Assembly: GCA_964016885.1 (NCBI GenBank)
Contig: OZ024758.1
Location: 13,702,001 to 13,766,000, forward strand
Direction: 5' to 3'
From: Eledone cirrhosa
Lineage: Eukaryota
Length of the DNA stretch: 64,000 bases
Below the pieces are notes generated by a model. The model was not told where the DNA came from. It ran no database searches and was given only the letters and a program-made list of their open reading frames with translations. This document shows positions 46,689 to 58,800 of this stretch, piece by piece. A program made the translations under genes and the position numbers. Numbering within the stretch: the stretch's first letter is position 1; each line of letters begins with the position of its first letter.

Positions 46689-49600
46689 GGGGATGAGAGT
46701 GTGTGTTTTTCAGTATGCATGTGTGTGTGTGTTTATAAACAATACAATATGCAGAAAAAGATTCATTGAAGCTCCGACGCCTGGCAACTGACTTGGTAAA
46801 CACCCACAAAATTGTTAACCATGTTGCCAACAACAACCCTGAGTGCCTTTTCGATTTCCATGTGTCTAACACACGTGGACATGCCCACAAAGTAAGAAAA
46901 CAGCACAGTTCCCATGACTTTCGGAAACATTTTTTCACGCTCAGAGTTGCTGAAGCATAGAACAAACTACCTGCATCAGTTGTTAGCTGTCGAGACACTG
47001 CATCCTTTAAGGCCTCCATGCTTCCCGAGATCCGCCAACACTACAGCTAACACATACAAACATGTACTTCCCTGGCATTTGTGTATTATTCTATGTACTA
47101 TATTGACGAGTTGTAGTGCACCTGAGCACTTTACACAATAATTTCATTATTATTATTATTATTTTATTATTGAAAGCAACGTTATTAATGGGTTAAACTT
47201 GTCCATGCCAAAAGTAGAAGCAATTATTGTATATATATCATTGTGTATATATTATTGTGTATATAAAACTGTGTATATAATATTGTGTATATAATACTTT
47301 GTCTATATAAAACTGTATATATATTATTGTGTATATATTTGTTTATTCTAGCAATATTCCAATACTTCCACCAGATTATTGGTTCAAGAGAAATTACAAT
47401 CCAATTGTTGTTGCTTCTAGATTGAACCCATTAAGGGAATTTTTAAATGAGTAAGTTTAATGGGGATATTTTTTCTTCTATTTAATGGGGATATTTTTTC
47501 TTCTATTTAATGGAGAGATTTTTTCTTCTATTTAATGGAGATATTTTTTCTTCTATTTAATGGAGATATTTTTTCTTCTATTTAATGGAGATATTTTTTT
47601 CTTCTATTTAATGGAGACATTTTTTCTTCTATTTTATGGGGATATTTTTTCTTCTATTTAATGGAGATATTTTTTCTTCTATTTAATGGAGATATTTTTT
47701 TCTTCTATTTAATGGAGACATTTTTTCTTCTATTTTATGGGGATATTTTTTCTTCTATTTAATGGAGATATTTTTTCTTCTATTTAATGGAGATATTTTT
47801 TTCTTCTATTTAATGGAGATATTTTTTCTTCTATTTAATGGAGATATTTTTTCTTCTATTTAATGGAGATATTTTTCTTCTATTTAATGGAGACATTTTT
47901 TCTTCTATTTAATGGAGATATTTTTTCTTCTATTTAATGGAGACATTTTTTCTTCTATTTTATGGGGATATTTTTTCTTCTATTTAATGGAGATATTTTT
48001 TCTTCTATTTAATGGAGATATTTTTTCTTCTATTTAATGGAGATATTTTTCTTCTATTTAATGGAGACATTTTTTCTTCTATTTAATGGAGAGGTTTTTT
48101 CTTCTATTTAATGGGGATATTTTTTCTTCTATTTAATGGAGATATTTTTTCTTCTATTTAATGGAGATATTTTTTCTTCTATTTAATGGAGATATTTTTC
48201 TTCTATTTAATGGAGACATTTTTTCTTCTATTTAATGGAGATATTTTTTCTTCTATTTAATGGAGACATTTTTTCTTCTATTTTATGGGGATATTTTTTC
48301 TTCTATTTAATGGAGATATTTTTTCTTCTATTTAATGGAAATATTTTTTCTTCTATTTAATGGAGATATTTTTCTTCTATTTAATGGAGATATTTTTTCT
48401 TCTATTTAATGGAGATATTTTTTCTACTATTTAATGGAGAGATTTTTTCTACTATTTAATGGAGAGATTTTTCCTTCTATTTAACGAGATATCTTTCCTT
48501 CTATTTAATGAGATATTTTGTCTTCTATTTAAAGGAAGATTTTTTCTTCTATTTAATGAGATATTTTTTCTTCTATTTAACGAAATATCTTTCCTTCTAT
48601 TTAATGAGATATTATTTCTTCTATTTAATAGACCAACTTTTTCAACCACTGGTTGAATGTGTTATGTAATATTTTCTATGTTAATTGAATCTGTTATCAG
48701 ACTTTTATATCATTCATTGTATAGTATTGCACATGGTATAGTATATCACATGTCATTGTATAGTATGGTAGAGTATGGTATAGCATGATAGAGTAATGTA
48801 AATGCTAAAGCATTATTTAACTATATATATTATACTAACAATATTTAAGACCCGACTTCCCACGGGTACAAGCCAATGTTGAAGCATATAGATAATATGC
48901 CCCCACCTCCTACTGCAAAGTGGTCATGGAGGTGTCACGACAAAAAAGCACCCAGCCCACGCTGTAAAGTGGTCATGTAGGCGCCATGGTAAAAAGTACC
49001 CAGTTCACACTGTAAAGTGGCCGTGTAGAGGCCACGGTAAAAAAACACTCAGCACTCACTGTAAATGAGGTTGGTGTTAGGAAGGGCATCTAGCTGTAGA
49101 AATCAAGCCAAAATCAGTTCACGTATGAGCAAGACAAGGTCACCCGACCTGGCATTGCCCACAACAGGACAACCCGTCTAACCCATACTAGCGTGGAAGA
49201 ATGGACGTAAAACGGTGATGATGGTGATGATGATACATATATTCTATTTATCTCTATGTCTTACTTAACCTTTATAAACAATATTTCTAAAACTGATTTT
49301 AAAATGTTTTCTTTGAAACTCCTCAAAATATTTTATTATATATCTTTATAGATGTGTCAAAGACAAAAAAATTGTATCTGATGTGGCGTTTCATTTGTTT
49401 GTCCAATCTGATCTGACAATTCAAGACATCACTAAACAACGAAAGGGTTACACACACCATTCCTATTTACCCTGTCTTTGGAATTGTGGAGGAAAAATAC
49501 ACACTGACGAGTAAGTATTTCTTGTCCAGTCTTGAATCATACAAATTACTACTTCAAACATGTTGGAAGCGATTGCTTCTGATAGGACCTGCTAGAGGGA

Positions 49601-50956
49601 GTGTTTGAGGACTCTGTCTGCCCCATCACCCTCTCAGGAATAAGTGAAAGAAGAAGTTTCTATTAATAACCCGAAGTTTAGAAATTTACTTAAAATTTCC
49701 ATCTTTTTTTCAGGTTTATGTTTTAAGGGTGATAAGGACAATAGTTTAGGTTTTAAATTTAAGATGAATGAAAAAATGTAATTTGTCGATATAACACAAG
49801 GGATGATCCTTCCTATATAAAATTAACATCAGTTACACCTCATTTCTTACAGCCCCATTCCACCTAATCAAGTAGAATATGATGCCATATAAGGTAAGAC
49901 ATTTACAGAAAACAAAAACAAATAAATAATTATTGTATTGTTATACTTTGGTAGGGTCATGCTACCAATAAAACACACACACACCTGTTGGTTTTCACTT
50001 CAATTTATTATAAATTTCCGGTTGGTTGTTTAGTTTGAGAAACGGTAAGTTGTTTATATATTGTCAAAGCTCTTTCATCACACAATCTGTGACCTCCTCA
50101 GTGTCTAGGTTTTTATTTTGTGTCTCACCTTTGTTCTGCATGAGTCATGATTCATGATACACACACACACACACATACATGTATGTGTGTGTGTGTGTGT
50201 ATGGGGAGGGGGGTATACCAGCTGTAGTGTTGGCGAATTTTGGGAAGCATGGAAATTTTGAAGGATGCAGTGTCCTGACAGCTAACAACTGAGCATGGAA
50301 ATATAGCAGGGAAAGTGGACATTAAAATGACAACAATGATGATGATGGTAATGGTCATGAAGACGATGATGATGGTGGTGATGATGATGAAGATGAAGAT
50401 GATGATGCTGATGATGATGATGATGATGGTGGTGATGATGAAGATGCTGATGATGATGATGATGATGATGGTGGTGGTGATGATGAAGATGATGATGATG
50501 ATGAAGATGATGATGATGATGATGATGATGACGAAGATGCTGAAGATGATGATGATGATGAAGATGATGTGTCTTTTATGAAGCTCTGGAAACACTTCTT
50601 CTCAGAACTTATATAATATCCTTTACAACACTGAAACTGATTTGATTTGAAACATTTGATATATTTCATATCAATATTTTTAGCTGTTGATCAATCGATA
50701 ATAAACATTGATTACCAGCTAAATTATTTATATTTAGAAATATAAAAATATACTGAAGTGAAAACCAGCCTAAACAGGGAGTGTGTTTTACTATATTTTT
50801 CTAACAATATTAGAACAACATGACCCTTCCTATATTATAACAAGATATAACATGATAACATGAAATTCTTTCTTTTTTATTTGTAGAGATATTATTGATT
50901 ATGATGAATTTAAGAAGGAATTGAGCAAAAGTTTACTAAATGAGGATTCTGATTAA
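42128..50956 (+). CDS. PX-only sorting nexin, SNX10/SNX11-like (192 aa)
   Basis: join(42128-42187,43583-43669,44788-44891,47352-47450,49352-49510,50887-50956) = 579 nt with consistent phases. Motifs VTNPK...YTRYEIII, FRSFKEFKWLR, IPILP, LREFL and SDVAFHLFVQSDLTIQDI match the SNX10/11 extended PX domain. Confidence 0.85.
42301..43097 (+). mobile_element. piggyBac-like MITE with ~9 internal 72-bp tandem repeats
   Basis: TTAA at 42297-42300 and 43098-43101; TIR CCCTTTAGCATTTA/TAAATGCTAAAGGG; the 24-aa periodic ORFs are artefacts. Confidence 0.8.
43583..43669 (+). CDS. SNX10-like exon 2
   Basis: ctag|GAT...TGT|gtaagt; DHADFLVTNPKTVFRNKRALYTRYEIIIC. Confidence 0.85.
43715..43905 (+). mobile_element. 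RTE/RTE-X LINE 3' end
   Basis: HGHTGRGRPRLIYVDAL...MRDRDHWRELV, (GATA)n tail. Confidence 0.7.
44788..44891 (+). CDS. SNX10-like exon 3
   Basis: ctag|AAT...AC|gtaagt; NASSAFPLRCSREVFRSFKEFKWLRRILRWEYLT. Confidence 0.88.
45336..45384 (+). ncRNA. Hammerhead-like motif (U4C variant) in SNX intron
   Basis: UUGCU-CCGAAGA-A UCCAAACC uc GGUUUGGA G-GAAA-CAAUUG-UA|AGCAA; 5-bp stem I, palindromic ACAAUUGU stem III. Confidence 0.6.
46766..47165 (+). mobile_element. CR1-like LINE 3' end (fragments also at 4850-5020, 35190-35380, 50220-50300 on -)
   Basis: RRLATDL...TRGHAHKV...FFTLRVAEA*NKLPASVV RT C-terminus; (ATT)n tail. Confidence 0.8.
47352..47450 (+). CDS. SNX10-like exon 4
   Basis: ctag|C...GA|gtaagt; NIPILPPDYWFKRNYNPIVVASRLNPLREFLN. 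Confidence 0.88.
47456..48630. repeat. 25-bp minisatellite (TTTAATGGAGATATTTTTTCTTCTA)n, ~47 copies
   Basis: begins at the SNX exon-4 donor. Confidence 0.95.
49352..49510 (+). CDS. SNX10-like exon 5
   Basis: atag|A...GA|gtaagt; CVKDKKIVSDVAFHLFVQSDLTIQDITKQRKGYTHHSYLPCLWNCGGKIHTD. Confidence 0.88.
50330..50570. repeat. (GAT)n microsatellite
   Basis: directly visible. Confidence 0.95.
50887..50956 (+). CDS. SNX10-like last coding exon
   Basis: ttgtag|A; DIIDYDEFKKELSKSLLNEDSD*; AATAAA at 50976-50981. Confidence 0.75.
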
Positions 50957-51319
50957 CCCTGACTGATGCCTACAAAATAAATCTGAATAAGGAATTATCT
51001 TAAATTGGTGTCGATATATTTGTTTTGCAAGGTTTTTGATATGAAATCATGTGTTAAAACAGATATTGTTATGTTTGGGCCATATTAGGATAACATGACT
51101 CGTCCCAAATATTACAATATCTTTAATTATTTTCCTCTATATCTCTATCACACTTTCCTATCATTCACTGGAAGAAATCTGTTGTACTCAGGCCTGGAGA
51201 AGGATGGGCTCCACCAGGCTTTAAAATGCCCAAGAAATACTAGTTGCTTTGTTATGCTCCATTTCTTTAGATCTATCAAGAAAACAGACTACTTTTTGTT
51301 ATAAAAAGACTTTCTTTAA

Positions 51320-51525
51320 CCCATTAGAATTTACATTACTCTATATATACTATTGTATTTTCATGGTAAAGGCTTTATCTCACATAATATTGAAGCTATG
51401 AGATTTTTATAATATTTATTTTGAGAATAATACCTTCACATCAGTATGAGTGGCTAGTTATGGCCGGTTTAAACAGAAAGAGGTGAGAGAATTGTCCGGA
51501 TACAGTCGGTTTAAATGCTAAAGGG
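51320..51525 (+). mobile_element. piggyBac-like MITE copy (other copies or fragments at 35880-36216 and 38184-38592)
   Basis: same family sequence with TTAA flanks. Confidence 0.7.
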
Positions 51526-52535
51526 TTAAGCCTTTTTCTCATGTGATGTCTATATCCTCAACTTGTAACACACTGACCAAGCAAGTGCCTTTTCAAACAA
51601 GCCCTACCCTGCCAGTTTAATATATCTCTATGTTTCAATGTTAATGTATTATCAAGTTCATTAGTTCATTATGTATAATAAAATATTTTATTACTGTAGT
51701 AATAATGTTTATTTTATTTTTTCCTGATGTAAAAATAATGGTTTCTGATTTAGGCACAAGATCAACAATATTTAGAGTGCGGGGAAAATCAAGTAAATAG
51801 ACCCCAGTGTATTACTGGTACTTTATTTTATCGACGCCGTAATGATCATGAAAGGCAAAGCTAACCTCAGCAGAATTTGAAATCAGAACGGAAAGGGTCA
51901 TAACTGTATGCCACAAAGCATGTTGTCCAATGTTTTACCGATTCTGCCAATACACCGCCCTATAAAAGTTTAGTAAGACCCTCCTTCAGAGTAAGTTGGG
52001 GTGGGTGCTTACTGACCACAATAGGGTAGAGTTGAACTGGGTGCTTACAGATCATGGATATACCACATTCTGGAGATCAAACAGTGAGATGTCTTGCAAG
52101 GTAGGGGAACTAGGTTTTCATCCCTTGTACCAAAATACCAAGACTGGTACTTTATTTATCAGCCTTAAAAAAATGAAAAGTAAAGTTGATCTCAGCAAAG
52201 AGGACACAGGAACATCAAATACTGGAAGAAATGCCACAAAGCTTTCACCTGACACTGTATCAGTTTGGGTTATTAGCCAGTTCATATGATGGTGAGTGAT
52301 GTTTTGTTCATCAGTGAAATGAACTTTAGAACATGTTATTGGATATTAGTGTGTGTAGCAATAGAACTGTCCTAGATATGTAAGCCACAAGAACAAAAAC
52401 TAAACATTGTAAGGTTTAAATTAACATGGAAAAATAGATGTTAAATGATGATGATAAAATCTACATGGAATGAAGATGATAAAACACAAAGTTAAAAATG
52501 GTATATACATAAGTTTATTATTATTATTTTTATTA

Positions 52536-52834
52536 TTAAGTTTTTACAGAATCATATTCAGGCAGATATAAATCATCTTTTTCTTCCATATTTGAATCTG
52601 CAAGTACAGAAGGAGCTATCATTTTGTCGGGTGTTGTTAGATTTCGACAAATTCTGATGTTTTCTAGTATATGGGGAATAGTCCAAAATTTCCGCAGCAG
52701 AGCATGTTCTAAGGTGAAATATCCGTGACGAATGCATCGTATTTGTGTGCATACTGCACCAGATTTTAACTGCAAACCAATATTATTTATCAAAGACATC
52801 AAATATGTGGTTTTCTCACATATGGCGTGGATTT
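52536..52834 (-). CDS. TRUB2: TRUB2 last coding exon
   Basis: IHAICEKTTYLMSLINNIGLQLKSGAVCTQIRCIRHGYFTLEHALLRKFW...DSVKT*; lies inside ORF 52536..52865. Confidence 0.95.
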
Positions 52835-55800
52835 CTGAAATGGAAATATTAAAATGGTTAAACAATTCTTTCTATTGAAAGGAAAATAATTGTTTCTACT
52901 TTAGGCACAAGGCCAGCAATTACCCAGTACATTACTGGTACTTTATTTTATCAACCCCATAAGGATGAAAGGCAAAGTTAACCTCACCGGGATTTGAACT
53001 CATTGAAAGGAAAATAATGTTGCTGTTGTCGTTGGAAGTTTCTTGAGCGAAATGAGGAAACTTCTACACAGATGTGGCATGATCTACTAGAAATAGTAGC
53101 AGAATCTCACTCAAATTTTACTGAATAGATGAATATTTTTGTCAGGTCAGGCTTCTTGCCTGCTACAGGTATCATGTAACTTAGTAAAACCTGTATCAGG
53201 GTCACATAGTCAGTGACTAAACCAGCTCCCTGCCAGACCTTGGTCTGGTCTGGTCTGGTTAGGTCAGACTTCTGTCTGTTACTGGTACAATGTAACCCAG
53301 TCAAACCTGCTTCATGGTCAAGTGGTTGGTGACTAAACAAACTCCCACACAAGACCCTGGTCTGGTCTGATCAGGCTTCTTCATGCTACTGGTACCCAGT
53401 ACAACCTGCTTCATGATTGAATGGTTGGCAACTAAACTAGCTCCCCCCCACGAGATCCTGGTCTGGTGAGGAAGCTAAGTGAAACCCCAGCAGCACAAAA
53501 AACAAGAGCTGTTAAAAGGGGTGGATGAACTGCTTAAAGTCAACACCCATCCACCCCAACTATGGGTTAAATAACCTTTAAAAGAAAAAAATTAAATAAT
53601 ATAAAAAAGAAAGATAGTTCTGGAACATCTGACTTACCTAAAGTAAAATTTGGGAGTTGAAAATCAATACATTTGATTCCATAAAGAATTGGAGGTGTGT
53701 TCTCTTGAGCTGGTCGCACCAGTCCTTTACATGCTAATTCATAAGCTTCTTGGCTTTGTAGATCAACTCTGGCATATCTGAAATTGATGGGAAATATAAA
53801 ATAATTGCTCCCGTGTATTACTGGTACTTTATTTTATTGACCCCGTAAGGATGAAAGGTAAAGCTAACCTTGGCAGGATTTGAACTCAGAACGTAAAGTA
53901 AGAGATGATTTGATTCAAAGATGGAGAATTTCATGTAAAATAACAAAACTTACGCAAACGTTTGCTTCTGATGTTGAGCTTGTGCTGCAGCACAAACCTT
54001 GTCCAGCATTGATCTTTTAATATGGTCTGAAAAAACAAGGATGATACATACATGTATATGTGTATTAGTGTGTGTGCATCATCATCATCATCATTTCATT
54101 TTACGTCCGCTTTTTCCCTGCTTGCAAGGGTGGGATGGGAACTGATTCTGGCTTGATTTCTACAGCTGGATGCCCTTCCTAACACCAACCTCATTTACAG
54201 TGTGGGCTGGGTGCTTTTATTGCCATGGCACCTCCACGACCACTTTGCAGTGGAATGATAGGGACCCCAGTCCCTATCATCTCATTTCTACAGCTGAGTA
54301 AACTGGAGCAATGTGAAATAAAGTGTCTTGCTCAAGGAAACAACACATCACCCGGTCTGAGAATTAAACTCACAACCTTTTGATTGCAAGGCCAATGCTC
54401 TAACCACTAAGCCATGTGCCTCCATATATATATATATTGAGAAGTGCACTAGCACCTGAACTGTATGATAAAATTCTCTCTGTATAAACAAGAATGTGTA
54501 ACCAATATTGCATTAATGTGTATAAATATATACACATATCTAATATGTAGGTATGTTTGGGTCTATATAATCAACACACCTCACCCCTGCAACACATAAA
54601 TTGTTGCCCTTGTGCCCTTATTAGAAATTATTTTTTCAATCATCATCATTATCATCACTGTTTGGCGTCCATTTTTCCATGCTTGCATGGGTTAGACAGA
54701 TCGTCCACGTCGGGAGACAAGTCTGGTCACAGTTGGCCACACTGTACTTTGCTCTGACGAGGACTGTAAATTTGGCCAAGGGTTTTAAAGCTGGATGCAC
54801 TTCCTAACACCAACCACATTTACAGTGTACATATATATATATATATATATATCGGGTGTATTTTAGGTTTTGCTGTCTGAACAGCTCAGGCTATCTAAAC
54901 TGATAGTCCTCAGTGAAATATGTATAACAAAGATTTAAATAAACCTGAATCAACTGAATATGGCCTCTGATCATTTATTAACATATAATGCTCTGACTTG
55001 TACCATTTATACAAGTCCTTGAGCGCTTCTTTTTATCTGCTTCACAACCGACAGACCATAATGTGGTCACCACATCCCTGTTCTGTTAACTCCATAAAGC
55101 GAAGAAATACCGATGATGGTTGGAAGATCACTGATGAAGGACCACTTTATTCATATATATATATATATATAAGAAACAAAGAAAATTTCAAAGATACAAA
55201 AGATTTCCTGGTGGAAGTTCAGGTGTACTCCCGGTTGGTTTCCAGTTTTGAGGTGAAAGTCCAATCAGAAAATCCAACGAATTTTGAGAGGTCCACGTAA
55301 GCGTTGATATATATATATATTTGTATATGTATGTAAAAGGTAAACAGAAATAACAACACAATCGGTACAGTATATGGAAGGTATATATTAGGTTAACGCT
55401 TGAAATAGCAGGAAGAAGGTCTTAACGTTTCGAGACGCTAGTCCCGCCCGTCCCCTCAATCTATTTTATTTCTCATTCTTTCTTCTGATGAAGGACTAGT
55501 GTCCGAAACGTTAAGACCTTCTTCCTGCTATTTCAAGCGTTAACATAATATATCCCTTCCATATACTGTACCGATTGTGTTGTTATTTCTGTTTACCTTT
55601 TACATACACATATATATATATATATCACTGTTTAGCATCCATTTTTCCATGCTTGCATGGGTGAGACGAGTCGTCCATGCTGGGAAGCAAGTCTGGCCAG
55701 AGTTGGCCACAATGTACCTTGCTCTGACAGGGGACTGTAAATTTGGCCAGGTACTTTACAGCTGGATGCTCTTCCTAACACCAACCCCATTTACAAAAAA

Positions 55801-58800
55801 AAGGGAGGCGACAAACATTAAAAAAATAATAATAATAACAGTCAATATATAAATACATACAGTAAGAACTCTTCTGAAGAAGGCGCCCACGTATTGAAAA
55901 ATCTTCAGTTGTATTTCCAAACTGACCTTTCACATGATATACCTGAATTCATAAGAAAATACATAGATAGATAGATATATACATCTGATTGGCAGTATAC
56001 CATAATACTTAAGAACTTCCTGACTATGTTGTAAAAATATAACATGAGCCCTACCTTCCCTCCTGACTAAGTAGTAAAAATATATTATAGACACAGCCTT
56101 CCCTCCTGACTATGTTGTAAAAATATAACATGAGCCCTACCTTTCCTCCTGACTAAGTGGTAAAAATATACTATAGACACAGCCTTCCCTCCTGACTATG
56201 TGGTAAAAATATAACATGAGCCCTACCTTTCCTCCTGACTAAGTGGTAAAAATATACTATAGACACAGCCTTCCCTCCTGACTATGTGGTAAAAATATAA
56301 CATGAGCCCTACCTTCCCTCCTGACTATGTGGTAAAAATATACTATAGACACAGCCTTCCCTCCTGACTATGTGGTAAAAATATACTATACTTACACGTA
56401 GAAACTGGCAGTCGTTTATGACATTAATTGTCCTAATACCCTTCTGAATCCCCATGACTGGAAAAAGAGAAAAAATAACATTTATTTCATTGATTGTGTT
56501 CATAGTGTTTGGCAGTAGTATATATACTGGTTGGATGCCCTTCCTAACACCAGCACCCCTTTACAGCATGGACTAGGTGCTTTTATTTGTGCCACCAGCA
56601 CTAGAGAGATCGTCTTACTGGACTCAGGGCCCTCTTTACCCCTCCATTTTACAGCATGGACTGAGTGCTTTTATTCGTGCCACCATCACTAGGGAAGTTG
56701 TCTTACTGGACTCAGGGCCCTCTTTACCCCTCCATTTTACAGCATGGACTGAGTGCTTTTATTCGTGCCACCAGCACTAGGGAAGTTGTCTTACTGGACT
56801 CAGGGCCCTCTTTACCCCTCCATTTTACAGCATGGACTGAGTGCTTTTATTCGTGCCACCATCACTAGGGAAGTTGTCTTACTGGACTCAGGGCCCTCTT
56901 TACCCCTCCATTTTACAGCATGGACTGAGTGCTTTTATTCGTGCCACCAGCACTAGGGAAGTTGTCTTACTGGACTCAGGGCCCTCTTTACCCCTCCATT
57001 TTACAGCATGGACTGAGTGCTTTTATTCGTGCCACCAGCACTAGGGAAGTTGTCTTACTGGACTTAGGGAACTTCTCTACCCCGCACCAATTTATTCGGA
57101 GTGGTAGCTCTCCTAGACGGGTTGCATACACTACGGCTTACGGAGCCTCCGTCCACCCCTTATCATCATCATCATCATCATCATTTTACGTCCGCTTTTC
57201 CCTGCTTGCAAGGGTGGGACGGGTCTTATTCAGCACAGCATCTCTCCACTCGTCACGGTCCTTCGTCATCTCCACCGTGAGCTTCAATGATCTGAGGTCT
57301 GTTCTCACCACCTCCGCCCATGTTTTTCGTGGTCTACCTCTACCCCTTATAATGTTAATATTTCATATATAAAGAAGGCCATCTGTCTAAAATAGGATCT
57401 CTGAAATAAAACCACTACAATTAATGCTTGATAACAGGAAGGGCACCTGGAGAGGAGGTGGGCTCCATCGGTCTTTAAAATGCCCAAGAAATGCTGTATA
57501 CCTCTACTACACCTCTACAACTCTATCAGGAGTTACGGGACCACAGTCACCCCTAAAACTCCATCAGAAGTTACGGGACCATAGTCACCCCTAAAACTCC
57601 ATCAGAAGTTACGGGACCACAGTCACCCCTAAAACTCCATCAGAAGTTACGGGACCATAGTCACCCCTAAAACTCCATCAGAAGTTACGGGACCATAGTC
57701 ACCCCTAAAACTCCATCAGAAGTTACGGGACCACAGTCACCCCTAAAACTCCATCAGAAGTTACGGGACCACAGTCACCCCTAAAACTCCATCAGAAGTT
57801 ACGGGACCATAGTCACCCCTAAAACTCCATCAGAAGTTACGGGACCACAGTCACCCCTAAAACTCCATCAGAAGTTACGGGACCATAGTCACCCCTAAAA
57901 CTCCATCAGAAGTTACGGGACCATAGTCACCCCTAAAACTCCATCAGAAGTTACGGGACCATAGTCACCCCTAAAACTCCATCAGGAGTTACGGGACCAT
58001 AGTCACCCCTAAAACTCCATCAGAAGTTACAGGACCATAGTCACCCCTAAAACTCCATCAGGAGTTACGGGACCATAGTCACCCCTAAAACTCCATCAGA
58101 AGTTACAGGACCAAGGTCACCTCTACAACTCTATCAGAAGTTATGGGACCAAACCATACCAACAAGAAGGGTATAGTCAATTAATGATAGAGAACACTAG
58201 TTTAGTTTGTAAGTTAAGTCTAAGGTGGCATTGATCGACAACATCCCAGATCTCATTCGCTTACCAAGAGGGTGGAACTTGTCAGATTGGACCAAGGAAA
58301 CAATGTTCCCTTTGGTTTTTCCATTGTTGATACTATTTATTGGTTGCAATTCCTGGCAGAAGGAGAAACGTGAAATAAAGTGTCTTGCCACAAGTGACAT
58401 GACACATTGCCTGGTCTGAGAATTGAACTCACAACCTCACAATTGTGAATCCAATTCACTAACCACAAAGCCACACACCTCCACTAAGTTAACTAAAGAA
58501 TATAACTAAAAACAATATAGATTACTTAACTTACCTGTAACTCCTGAGGAATATCTTCCCAAACCAATACTGTATTTCAAAGATATATCTGACAATATAT
58601 ATCGAGGTCCTAAAACTATAAAAAAGAAAAACCATTGTCATCACCGCTACTGCAGAGGAAATAGAGAGGAGCTCTAGTCATGACCTGAATGCGGCCCAGC
58701 CCCCTTAGAGTGTAAGAAGTTAAGGGCTGAAACACTTGCTTGAAGAGGGGTTTCTTCTCTGAAGACCTTCTGCTGTCAAGCTCTACTGAAAGTGTCTTAC

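Noticed and set aside
50152-50669. Poly-Met/Ser/Ile ORFs
   Set aside because: (GAT)n microsatellite plus a CR1 fragment in an SNX intron.
57522-58150. CRISPR-like 38-bp repeats
   Set aside because: Head-to-tail units with no unique spacers, no cas genes, eukaryotic intron.
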